Part shown: positions 1-13,389 of the stretch, piece after piece
Position numbering within the stretch: the stretch's first letter is position 1
How the letters are laid out: each line of letters opens with the position of its first letter
DNA from: Octopus vulgaris
Lineage: Eukaryota
Direction of reading: 5' to 3'
Length of the DNA: 64,000 nucleotides
NCBI GenBank assembly: GCA_951406725.2
Contig: OX597818.1
Coordinates: forward strand, 108,314,001-108,378,000
Position numbers and translations under genes: made by a program
The notes under the pieces: model-generated
Told to the model about the DNA's origin: nothing
The model's input: only the letters and a program-made list of their open reading frames with translations
Databases searched by the model: none

Positions 1-110
1 CATTATTCAATCGGAATTTGGTAAATTGTGCCTTTCGAAACACGTGTAGAATGCAATAAAACGATTTCTGTTCAATCTTCGTTCAACTCCATTTCTTCAA
101 TTCACTAATA

Positions 111-139
111 ATATATATATATGTATATATATATGTATG

Positions 140-170
<31 letters not shown>

Positions 171-238
171 ATTAATATGTATGTATATATATATATGTAT
201 GTATATATAGTATATATATGTATATATATATATGTATG

Positions 239-310
<72 letters not shown>
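111..310. repeat. (TA)n/(TATG)n microsatellite
   Basis: Direct. Confidence 0.95.
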
Positions 311-315
<5 letters not shown>

Positions 316-317
316 GT

Positions 318-686
318 CTGGGGAGAGTCATTCTCTTTTGGTACCTTATAATTTAACACACTAACCAGTAAAATTTCCACATTTCTTTTTTATTTTTCTA
401 ATATGCAGAATACATACATACAAATGTACACACATACATAAATATATACATATGCATACACACACACATGCATACATACATGCATGTATAGGCACACGCA
501 CACACACATACACTGATCCACACACATGCGCACAAACAAAAAGGAATGCAGTGTGAGTAATGGACAGAGTCAAAACTATTGAAAAGGTTGCAATGAAAAT
601 TTTAGAAAAATAAAAACGAAATAAGTGGAAATTTTACTCGTGAGTGTGTTAAATTAAAAGGCACCAAAAGAGAATGACTCTCCCCA
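318..686. repeat. ~80-bp inverted repeat pair (about 318-400 and 605-686) around a CA/TA spacer
   Basis: GGGAGAGTCATTCTCTTTTGGT.CCTT.TAATTTAACACACT... at 321 and its reverse complement ending ~685. A third copy lies at ~9200-9305. Confidence 0.8.
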
Positions 687-711
687 TCCTGCGAGCCATG
701 AATTCACTTCA

Positions 712-830
712 TTTGTCGGGTCTTTGCAGTCACAGCATATCTCCAGAGGTTTCAGTCTTTCACCATTGCCTCTGTGAGGCCCAACGTTCGAAGGTCACGC
801 TTGACCACCTCATCCCATGTCTTCCTGGGT
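712..830 (-). mobile_element. RTE ORF 3'-end fragment
   Basis: Reverse complement matches 28860-28970 (PRKTWDEVVK.DLR.LGLTEAM). Confidence 0.85.
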
Positions 831-841
831 ATATATATATA

Positions 842-1200
842 ATCATCATCATCATCATCATCATCGTTTAACTTCCGTTTTCCGTGCTAGCACGGGTTGG
901 ACGGTTCGACCGGGGTCTGGTAAGCCAGGGGCTGCACCAGGCTCCAATCTGATCTGGCAGTGTTTCTACAGCTGGATGCCCTTCCTAACGCCAACCACTC
1001 CGCGAGTGTAGTGGGTGCTTTTTACATGCCGCCGGCACAGGTGCCAGAGGAGTTTGGCATCGGCCACGATCGGTTGGTGCTTTTAACGTGCCACCGGTAC
1101 GGAAGCCAGTCAAGGCGGCGCTGGCATCGGCCACGTTTGGATGGTGCTTTTTATGTGCCACCGGCACAGGTATCACAACTACAATTTCCATTGATATTTT
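842..1200 (-). mobile_element. RTE 3'-end copy with ~61-bp repeat units
   Basis: (CAT)n tail, TTTCTACAGCTGGATGCCCTTCCTAACGCCAACCAC core, repeat units. Confidence 0.9.
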
Positions 1201-1722
1201 TCATGTGTATGTCTCCATACATATATATATATATATTTTGATCAAAATAAATCAAAAATATATATATATATATATATATATATACGTATGGAGACATACA
1301 CATGCAAGTTTCCTTTGAATGATGTTATATTTAGTTCTTCGTTATGTTTGGCACTGTTGTCCATATCTGTTAAGCTATGCTCATGACGAAATAGCAGCAG
1401 AGGAGGATGCTGAGTAATAACGCTGTATGCATATATGCCTATACACTCACACTCACAAAAACACACATCCATATACATGCATAGAAAGACACTCACACAA
1501 ACCCACACAGATACACCTGAGTATACATGAAGTGCGTTGTATAATAAGGGTGTGATTGAGAAAGAAGGTGGGAATGTACATCAGGTGTGTCAGTTTTAAT
1601 TCTGGGTGTTTTGTTAGATGCCATTGATTTCAGCAGGGTTAGAAATGTCTACTTCTGAGGTTACTGGCAAGATTAAATGTGGCATTAAATTAAGATTATC
1701 CAGGAGTAATTTGTTATGTCTA

Positions 1723-2075
1723 CATCATCGTCGTCGTCATCATCATTGTCATTTCATGTCTGTTGACTGGGGCGGTACGTCTGTCAAACGGTAATGCAGG
1801 TGTCCCAAGGTGAGCTCAGCGTGGACAGAAACCACACGTCGAGCAAAAGGGCAAAAGCTCACTTGATCTCGTTTTTCAGCATGGGTTGGATAGTTTAATA
1901 GATTCTGGTAAGACCAGCAGTATCGAATTCCATTGCCTGGTTTAGCATGATTTCAAGCGCTGGATGCCTTTCTTAACACCAACCACTCTACAGAGTGTCC
2001 TGGGTGCTTTGTATGTGGTACCACCATGGGAGCTTTTTACACGGCACCAGCACAAGTGCTTTATAAGTAGCATCA
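1723..2075 (-). mobile_element. RTE 3'-end copy interrupted by the 28S fragment
   Basis: (CAT/CGT)n tail at 1723-1750; the element resumes CATGGGTTGGA at 1880; GCTGGATGCC..TC.TAACACCAACCAC core. Confidence 0.8.
1763..1879 (+). pseudogene. 28S (LSU) rRNA fragment, domain V starting at the P-loop; isolated pseudogenic copy
   Basis: TTGACTGGGGCGGTAC.TCTGTCAAACGGTAA.GCAGGTGTCC.AAGG.GAGCTCAG....GACAGAAAC....CGT.GAGCA.AAGGGCAAAAGCTC.CTTGATCT...TTTTCAG matches the universally conserved eukaryotic LSU segment. No other rDNA flanks it. Confidence 0.93.
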
Positions 2076-2940
2076 CTACCAAGAAGAATACCAAGTGACT
2101 TGAAAGACAAAACACCCCACCAACCTCAGCTGGGAGGAGGGAGTAATAGTGAAGGAGGTGGTGGCTTTGTGCCAGTTGATGAGAGATTAGACATGTTGAG
2201 GGATAAGAGTAGGTCTCCTGATGTAGAATAGATACATGAATGCTCTAGTTGAAAAGGAAAGGAGAAACAGCTTATTTAATTAATCACTTGAGTTGTCGAG
2301 CATATTTAAAATATAAAATAACTTTTCTATGAGGCACAAACAGAAAATCTTGGAACTGTAAATGTGTGGCTTGTTTTGGATTAATATATCTGAATAACTA
2401 TTCTAATTGCTTAGATTTTCATGTTTTTCAAATGCCGTATGTTGTCTGAATGAGATGTGATGCCCGTCTTTTTTTATTTTGGGGAAGACAAGATGTGGTT
2501 ATAACTGCTATGTATGTGTATATGTATGTATGTATGTATATATGTGTGTGTATATGTATGTATGTATGTATGTATGTACATATGTATGTATGTGTGTATG
2601 TATGTATGTACATGTGTATGTATGTATGTGTGTATATATGTATGTATGTGTATATGTATGTATATGTGTATATCATTATTTAGTTTATTTCAAGATTTCT
2701 TGCCAATAGAGAAAGAACTGGTTTCTAACTTAGATCCAAAACTCTTTCATTGGAATTTCAACATCAACAACAGGGTATATATGTATTTATGTATGTATGT
2801 GTGTATGTATGTATGTATGTATATATGTATGTATGCATGTATGTATGTATGTGTGTATGTATGTATGTATGTATGTATGTATATATGTATGTATGTATGT
2901 ATTATGCATGTGCGTGCATGCGTGTACGTATGTATGTATG

Positions 2941-3252
2941 TGAAGGTACATGGCTTAGTATTTAGGGTTTTGACTTCTCAACTGAAAAGTTGTGAGGTTC
3001 AATTTCTGGTGATACATTGTTTTCTTGAACAAGACACTTTATTTCACATTGCTCCAATCCAGTTATATGGCAAAAATGTGTTGTGCTTGTATTTCAAAGG
3101 GTCCAGCCTTGTCACATTTCATATCATGCTGAAGCTCACAGAGAACTACATTAAGGGTATGCATGTCTGTGGAGTACTCAGCCACTTGCACATTAATTTA
3201 ACAAGCCAGCTGGATCGACCAGAACACTCATCATAACTAACTGAGTGCCAGT
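2941..3252 (+). mobile_element. tRNA-derived SINE, family 3 (CORE-like middle)
   Basis: TGGCTTAGT.TTTAGG A box; CTTGAACAAGACACTTTATTTCAC..TGCTCCA; CCTTGTCACA..GAGAACTACATTAAGGG. Confidence 0.75.
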
Positions 3253-3265
3253 TTTTATATATATG

Positions 3266-3415
3266 TGGTCGGCATTAGGAAGAGCATCCAGCCATAGAAA
3301 CCTTGCCAAATTGGATTGGAACTTGGTGCAGCTCCCTGGATTACCAGTTTTCAATCAACCCATCCAATCCATGCCAGCATAGAAAGCAGATGTTAAATGA
3401 TGGTGATGATGATGT
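3266..3415 (+). mobile_element. RTE 3'-end copy
   Basis: GGCATTAGGAAGAGCATCCAGCC...CATGCCAGCAT...GTTAAATGATG tail. Confidence 0.85.
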
Positions 3416-3791
3416 ATCTGTGTGTGTGTGTGTATTTAACATTACAAGATGGAACTTAACTCACCAATTTCCTCGGGTCAACAAAACGTTGGTCCACACA
3501 AAACCATTTCCGAGTGGTTTCTGTAGGGTTTCACTTTTCAAATTTCCTTCACAAAATTTTGGTCATTCCAAAGCTATAATAAAAGAAACTTGTCCAAGAT
3601 CCAAATGAATTCTGTCTCGTTCTCTCTAAACACCAGCATCACTATAACTATCATCATCATCATCATCATCACCACCAATACTATTGTCCTCTTTAATAGT
3701 ATCACCAGCCGAAAGTTACCTACACCATCATCACCACCATTTTCACACACACACACACACAGATATATGTGTGTGTGTGTGGTTATGACTG

Positions 3792-3947
3792 TCTTCCGTT
3801 TCCGTTAACCAATTCCACTGACAATGCTTTCAGCAGACCAAGGCTATAATAAAAGACATTTATCCAAGGAGTCGCACAGTGGGACTGAACCCAGAACCAT
3901 GTGTGGTTGGGAAGCAAGCTTCTTACCACACAGCCATGCCCACACCT
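3792..3947 (-). mobile_element. SINE family 2, 5' half
   Basis: GGGACTGAACCCAGAACCATGT..GGTTGGGAAGCAAGCTTCTTACCACACAGCC. Confidence 0.8.
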
Positions 3948-4947
3948 GTACATTTTTTTCATAGCCTTATGAACAGATTATAGATACACACAACATTTTG
4001 ATTTCCATTCTCTGTCTACCGAAATTATATATTTTTTTAAATACATATCTCCCCTGGAATAAAAGACAAAAATTATAAAATGAAATATAAAAAAACTATT
4101 GAGTGCGTCTTAGAGGTCAATCTGAATGGGGAAATTTTTAAATGGTTATTATCATAAAGAATGATAAGACAGGTTAATAGCTTGACAAAAATTTTTTTTA
4201 AATTCCTAAATATAATAGATAAAATATAATGAATAAAAGAAGAAGGGCATGGAGGAAAGAAAGCAAGGAACTTGAAGGAGAAAGAAGAATGAACTGCCTA
4301 TCAAACAATTAATGAATTCCATACACAATGATGGAGCTTTTAAAGACTTTCTGTTAGTCAATGAAATGGAAAAACGGTAATTTTGGGAATCTGTTTGTCT
4401 TCCACCCCATAGAACATTTCTTCACTTTCCTTCCTTGCTGTTGTCTTTTTCTTTCTCTTCTTATTCTCTTCAGAGTTGGAAGATATGAACGAAAGAGGGA
4501 ATGAGAAGCAAGAAGTCAAAGAAGAAAACAGAGAGGGAGAGAGGAGAAGAGAAAGAGTGGAAGAGAGAGAGAGAGAGAGAGAGAATGTGGAGTAAGAGGA
4601 GAAGGTAACAGAAAAAGAAAGACAGAGAGAACGAGGTATTCAGGCAGACAGACAGACAGAAAGACAAAAAAAGTAAGAAAAAGAACAGGAGAGAGAATGA
4701 CAGAGAATGAAAAAAAAATGAAAGAGAAAAAAGTAACAGAAAGGCTGGGAGAGAGAGAGAGAGAGAGGGAGAGAGAGAGAGAGAGATTTGTATTTTTTTT
4801 TATAAGCAGTTTTGTAAATAAATCTATTGTGGCAACGAATGATGAGTGTCTCCTCTACAAACTCCAGCAAGTACGGCTGTGCCACCACCACCACTTCCAT
4901 CAGACTGAAAGAGAAAGATAGAAGAGCAGGAAAGAAGGACAAGAGAG

Positions 4948-4997
<50 letters not shown>

Positions 4998-5056
4998 ACG
5001 TGGAGGAATGATGATGATGATGATTATGATAATTATGATGAATGTGGTGATGATGG

Positions 5057-5088
<32 letters not shown>

Positions 5089-5599
5089 ATGTTGATAATG
5101 AGGAGGAGGAGGAGGGATATACATATTTATGTAACTAGGGAAATGTGGTTCGTTTCTGCTTAACTCTATCGCAGGATCTCTTCTGCCACCACCACCCACC
5201 ACTCACCACCACCACAACTGCCACGATAACCATGACCACTTCACTCCAACCCGTACCACATCTCTACTAAAACGAATACAGTCATTAAAGTCCTCATGAC
5301 CACCACCACCACCACACAACAGCCGACACTATCATCCTAACCAACGTGACCATCACACCCATCCCTAACCTCCTCCACCACCCTCACCACTTCTCCTACA
5401 TCTAAGAAGAAACTTCTATATGGCCATTTGGACTGCTAGAAATAATAACTAAACTCTCTCAAAAGAAAACCTTCCTTTCTTACAGTAACATGGAATTCTG
5501 AAGTCCAAGTTGCATTGTTCAGGAAAATGATGCGTGATGGTCATGGCTGGCATGCTTTTGATCACTTAGGCCCACTCAAAGAAGGGTGTCTTGGAGTTA

Positions 5600-6020
5600 C
5601 ACAACAACACTAACAACAATAAGATATTGCAGAAAAGCAGCTGGCTGCATCACAACAATAACAACACCACCACTGCCGCTGCCGCCACAACCACCACCAC
5701 CATAACCACTATCAGCAATACCACTGCTGCCACCACAACCACAACCACCACCACCACCACAACAACAACCGCCACTGCTGCCACCACCACCACCACCACA
5801 ACCACAACCGCCACTGCTGCCACCACCACAACCACCACCACAACAACTGCCACTGCTGCCACCACCACAACCACCACCACAACAACCGCCACTGCTGCCA
5901 CCACCACAACCACTGCTGCTACCACCACCATCACTATCACCTTATGACCACCACTGTCACTAAAACCAGCACCACCACCAGCACAATAACCAGCTGCACT
6001 ACCACCACCTCCCACCGCCT
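5600..6020. repeat. (ACC/ACA)n compound trinucleotide repeat with recurring GCCACTGCTGCC anchors
   Basis: Direct. Confidence 0.9.
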
Positions 6021-6283
6021 CTAACAGATCTTTCCTTCACAATAATATTTCTTCAAGTTTGTATTACGTAAAGAGAGGAAAGAAGGAAGGAAGAAGGAAA
6101 AAATAAAGGAAAGCGAGAAGGAAAGAACGCAGGAGACAAAGGAGGAAAGAAAGAAAGAGTGGACGAGAGAAGGAAAACAAGAGGAAGAAGTTAGTGTTGG
6201 CTGTGAATGGATGCATACATACATATATGCATATATACACACCTACGGATATACAGTTGTATATATACACACACACTCACATA

Positions 6284-6380
<97 letters not shown>

Positions 6381-6889
6381 AACAGACAGATCTATAGCAT
6401 CATTCTCTGCATAATCATCATCATCATCGCCGTCGTCATCATCACTAAGCACTCCATCACTACTGCTGCCATCACAATCACCATCAGCAACATAACAGCA
6501 ATCATCCACCACCACCACCACCACCACCACCATATTCACCATCACTGATACCACATCCTCTATATATACCTCTTACCTCTAACACCTTCAATATCATCAC
6601 CACCACCACTAGCACTACCCCCACACACACCCACTATTACAAACCCATCTCCACCAACACCACCACAATGCCTACAAACCACCACCCCCACCACCACCAC
6701 CACCTTCTAAACACTCTAATGGTCTCAAGTTGTCAGCAATGTGCAGTCTATAAATTTCCTTAAAGCTGCGTATTCCACACCATCCTCGTCCAAGTCGAGG
6801 ATGGAGAGAATTCACTAGAATTCAAACACTTTTACACACAAACACAATCACACACAGTAACACATGGGTAATTGTACACACAGACTCAC

Positions 6890-8665
<1,776 letters not shown>

Positions 8666-8684
8666 AGTGTTTGTATGTAGACGT

Positions 8685-8913
8685 TTTCTTTTACTGGTCA
8701 CAGCCATTCGACCGTGGTCATGCTGTAGCACTGTCTTCAAGGATTTTAGGTGATGTTATTGGTGACTACTAGTACCTGCTGCAATTTGGTACTTATTTTA
8801 TCCATTCTCATTTGTCAGACTGCCAAGTTAAAGGAGACAAAGAGATATAACATTAAAAAACACACGAACATAAGTACAGGCACTCTCTCACTCTCTCAAT
8901 CTCTCTCTCTCAC

Positions 8914-8980
<67 letters not shown>

Positions 8981-9115
8981 TTTCAGCACAGTTTCCATAT
9001 ATTCATATCCCACACTTATGGCATTGGTCAACTGAAGGCACATACTAAAGGAACCAGACTGCAGGATCAAACTATGAACAGCATGGTTGTGAAGGAAGCA
9101 TTCTTAGCTATAAAT
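8685..9115 (-). mobile_element. Degenerate SINE family 2
   Basis: Tail at 8685-8830 (GTGGTCATGCTG.AGCAC, GGTACTTATTTTATC); head remnant at ~9000-9110. Confidence 0.6.
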
Positions 9116-9194
9116 TCCATACCAACAGGAAAACATGTGTCTATACAGATATAATGTATACATGTGTGTGTATATATCTATATCTATATCTAGA

Positions 9195-9305
9195 AGCAAC
9201 GAAAATTTTAGAAAAACTAAATAAGTAAATGAGTGGGAATTGAACCGGTGAGTGTGTTAAATAATAAGGCACTAAAAGAGAATGACTCTCCCCAGATATA
9301 ACAAT
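9195..9305 (+). mobile_element. Third copy of the terminal repeat seen at 318-686
   Basis: GCAACGAAAATTTTAGAAAAA...GTGAGTGTGTTAAAT..AAGGCACTAAAAGAGAATGACTCTCCC matches 590-686. Confidence 0.75.
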
Positions 9306-9349
9306 ATATATATATGTGTATGTATATATATATGTGTGTATATATGTAT

Positions 9350-9389
<40 letters not shown>

Positions 9390-9402
9390 GTATATATATA
9401 TA

Positions 9403-9433
<31 letters not shown>

Positions 9434-9462
9434 GCATATACATATGTGTATATATATATATG

Positions 9463-9515
<53 letters not shown>

Positions 9516-10249
9516 AATATGTATATACATCTGTATGTATATGTGTATATATATGTTTGATGATGATATATACATATATATATCTGTGTGTGTATATATA
9601 TATATATATACCACTCTGCTATCTGTATCTCTGTCTGCCCTCTACTGCCTTTCTCACCATCTCACCAACCACAAAAGCGACTGGTCGTATTTTCCCTCAT
9701 CTCCCACTATCAACCCGTTTTGCTGTCTCTCTGTTGCCCTGTTTCTAATCCTTTAGGATATTCCTCCCGGCATTAAACCATATTTTCATCCCCTGTCTTG
9801 TTCTAAGGCCATATTCTGTTTATTTCTTTACAATTTGTTCATATGTCCACACTTCTTTCACCCTGTGTCTTTGCATCTTTGTTCCTCATCCATCCACAAA
9901 CAGCTTCATATCGAATCATATTTATTCATGTTTCTATGTCCAATTTTTGTATTGCATATTTATTTATTTATTTATTGTTTGCTGTTCACTTTCTGTCACG
10001 TTTGGTCCCTGGAGGAAGCTATTTCCTGATGGCTCCTTGCTGCCAGCGCCACCAGAAGGGGGAGTAATATTATTGCTGAAAGTGCAAAATTGCATTTCAC
10101 CCTCTGGCCAATAACTGACAAGGATTTAGTGACCTTCTGTGTCTGTTTCCCATTTGTTTGTTCTGTTCGTTTTTATGTTTTTTAACTTATCATTTAATGG
10201 AACACCACATACCCTAGTTTTGTTTACAGTGTATACATATGTATGTGTT

Positions 10250-10585
10250 GTGTCGGTGGCACATAAAAAACACCATCCGAGCATGGCCGTCTGCCAGCCT
10301 CGTCTGGCACCTGTGTCGGTGGCACATAAAAAACACCATCCGAGCGTGGCCGTTCGCCAGCCTCGTCTGGCACCTGTGTCGGTGGCACATAAAATCACCC
10401 ACTACACTCTCGGAGTGGTTGGCATTAGGAAGGGCATCCAGCTGTAGAAACGCTGCCAGATCCGACTGGCCTGGTGCAGCCTTCGGGCTCCCCAGACCCC
10501 AGTTGAACCGTCCAACCCATGCTAGCATGGAAAGCAGAGGTTAAATGATGATGATGATCATCATGATCATGATCATGATCATGAT
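10250..10585 (+). mobile_element. RTE 3'-end copy with two ~62-bp units
   Basis: Near-identical tandem units GTGTCGGTGGCACATAAAAAACACCATCCGAGC... followed by the conserved core and (GAT)n. Confidence 0.9.
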
Positions 10586-10694
10586 GAACTCTCCTGTCAT
10601 TAAACAGCATATGAGGGTTCAACAATTTCTTACTGAACATCCACATAAATGATTTGTTTATAGTGATCAAATGTTTCTGTAGACATAAGCTCAC

Positions 10695-10885
10695 TCCCTC
10701 CATCAGATCGACATTACCTGTACAGGTGCAACAAGTGCCACATGCCAGATGTCGAAATAATTGCAGAGCAACATGAAATGAAGAGCTTTGCTCAAGAACA
10801 CGACACAGTGCCTGATCTGGGAATCGAACCCATGATCTCGTAGTTGTGAGTGCGACACCTTAACCATTAAGCCATGCACCTTCAC
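10695..10885 (-). mobile_element. SINE related to family 3
   Basis: Minus strand TGGCTTAATGGTTAAGG, GGGTTCGATTCCC, TTCTTGAGCAAAGCTCTTCATTTCA. Confidence 0.75.
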
Positions 10886-10921
10886 ACACACATATATATA
10901 TGTACTTATGTGTGTGTGTGT

Positions 10922-11056
<135 letters not shown>

Positions 11057-11066
11057 CATATATGCA

Positions 11067-11129
<63 letters not shown>

Positions 11130-11886
11130 GTACAGACATGCAGACATGCATGCATGTATTTATTTGTTCTGGATTTTTATCCAATAAGTTTTGTATATTT
11201 AACAAAACAAGAATATCAAAGACTTCATCAGAAACGATATAAATAAACAGAAACAGATTCTTGTACGTTCAATGTTTAGTTTTGATAAATGAAGTGAAAA
11301 TTGGAAAAAAACAATATTAATGCCACAAGGAATCTTCTTTTTAGAAATTTTCCGTTTTCTTCAATTTTTGTCCAATTCTTTTTCCATTAACCTTCAGGGA
11401 TGGATTTATGTGTGGCGGTGGGTTCACTTTGAATTTTGTCCCTTCCTATTTTTCTAGGGTTGGATTTTCAAATAATATTCATGTTAATAATTAAAACAAC
11501 ATTTGTTTTGCTTCAATGCTTACACATACATAAAAATATTGATGTATACACACACATATATATGTAAATATATTTACATATGTATGTATGTATATGTGTG
11601 TGTGCATGCTTATGTGTGTGCATGTGTGTGTTGTAATATTCTACATAAATAATACTGATTTTATGACTTCAAATTTCATGCTAGATAGAGCATTCTTCAG
11701 ATGGATGTGATTCAGTGGTTTTATATACTTACATGTGTGTGTGTGTGTGTGCACATAACACACACACATCTACTGGAAATCTCTGTATTATCTATATTAT
11801 TCCAAATTTCTAGTATCACTCAATCCTGTCTCTTTCCTTCTTCCTTCCTCATCCCTCAGTCTCTTTCTCTCTCTCTCTCTCTTTCC

Positions 11887-11923
<37 letters not shown>

Positions 11924-12243
11924 CTCTCTCTCTCTCTCTCTCTCTCTTTCCATATTTCTCTCTCTCTCTCTCTCTCTCTCTTTCTCACTCACACTGTATA
12001 TACTTTTTATTTGCTCTCTCTCTCTCTCTATTTCCCTGCACTGGTGAAAATAAAGTCATTTGCTGCTCCCTTCTGTAATCACTTGTGTTGGTCATGCATG
12101 GATGGGTAATTAATTTTGTCTGGAGGAAACATAAGTATACATTTTCTCAAGTGCTCTAGTTGTACTAATATTGTTTGATAACCCCAGGAAGATGAAAACC
12201 TGGGCATCAGTGTTTTAATCTATATTTTAATGTTTTAATGATT

Positions 12244-12650
12244 CTTATTTCTTTACTACCCACAAGGGGCTAAACATAGAGGGAACAAACAAGGACAAAG
12301 GGATTAAGTCGATTACATCGACCCCAGTGCGCAACTGGTATTTAATCTATCGACCCCAAAAGTATGAAAGGCAAAGTCGACCTCGGCGGAATTTGAACTC
12401 AGAACATATCATCAGACGAAATACTTATTTCTTTACTACCCACAAGGGGCTAAACACAGAAAGGACAAACAAGGACAGAAAAATGGATTAAGTCAATCAT
12501 ATCGACCCCAGTGCGTAACTGGTACTTATTTAATCGACCCCGAAAGAATGAAAGGCAAAGTTGACCTCAGCGGAATTTGAACTCAGAATGTAGCGGCAGA
12601 TGAAATACCGCTAAGCATTTCGCCCGGCGTGCTAACGATTCTGCCAGCTC
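12244..12650 (-). mobile_element. Two tandem tRNA-derived SINEs with a Nin/Deu-like core (first copy 5'-truncated)
   Basis: Minus strand GAGCTGGCAGAATCGTTAGC (A box) ... GAGTTCAAATTCC (B box) ... TTTGCCTTTCAT.CTTTCGGGGTCGAT..AATAAGTACCAG. Confidence 0.88.
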
Positions 12651-12954
12651 ATGTTTTAATGATTCTGTTAACACACACATGCACACACACATACACACTT
12701 ACGCAGAACACATGCACGCACATGCAGAAATAGTTACACATAAACATACACAGCAACACACACACAGACATCTGCACAGATGCTCAATACCAAATTCCAC
12801 TTAGAATTTAGTATTGCTTAACCCCAGGGTCTTCTAGAAGACATTTTCTCAAGCTGCCTTGAAGTGATATTTCAATTTGGCCAACATTTGATTCCAAAGC
12901 AAGTTTCTAAACTATACAGCCAAGATTGTGTAGATGTCCAGTCTATGGGAATCA

Positions 12955-13266
12955 TGCAGGCTTGGCTGTGTGGCAATTGGCTTGCTTCCCAGCCACATGG
13001 TTCTGGGTTCAGTCCTAATGCATGGCACCTTGGACAAGTGTCTTCTACTATAGCCTCAGGCCGACCAAAGCCTTGTGAGTGGATTTGGAAGATAGCAACT
13101 GAAAGAAGCCCATCATGCGTCTGTGTGTGTGTGTGTGTGTGTGTTTGTTATCTACCACTTCTTGACAACCGGTGTTGGTTTGTTTACACCCCTGTGACTT
13201 AGCAGCTCAGCAAAAGAGACCAATAGAATAAGTACCAGATTTATATGCAAAGAATAAGCTCCCGGA
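12955..13266 (+). mobile_element. tRNA-derived SINE, family 2 (GGCTGTGTGGTAAG head, internal TG tract)
   Basis: A-box TGGCTGTGTGG, B-box GGTTCAGTCC, CCAAAGCCTTGTGAGTGGATTTGG, GCAAAAGAGACC.ATAGAATAAGTACCAG. Confidence 0.85.
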
Positions 13267-13389
13267 TCAATTCATACAGACAGATGAAATATCTCTAAGC
13301 ATTTCGCTCAGCATGCTAACTTTTCTGCCAGCTTTCCACCTTAATAAATAATAATCATTTGGACCCGGATTTGAACTCCCAAACCAAAT

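Noticed and set aside
1763-1879. Functional rDNA locus
   Set aside because: Only 117 bp, with no flanking rRNA sequence; treated as a pseudogenic fragment.
4835-4910. Possible C/D snoRNA (ATGATGA...CTGA) and weak antisense similarity to 18S (GGTGGTGGTGCATGGCCGTTCTT)
   Set aside because: No terminal stem; the 18S-like match is short, mismatched and largely due to the (CCA)n repeat.
5591-5947. Mucin-like Thr/Ala ORF
   Set aside because: Compound (ACC/ACA) microsatellite with no signal peptide or convincing splice context.
6750-6812. EF-hand-like [10 protein letters not shown] on the minus strand
   Set aside because: The loop is one residue short, lacks the position-12 Glu, and an in-frame stop lies immediately upstream.
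10040-10065. CTCF-like GC-rich motif GCGCCACCAGAAGG
   Set aside because: Three mismatches in core positions; not distinguishable from chance.
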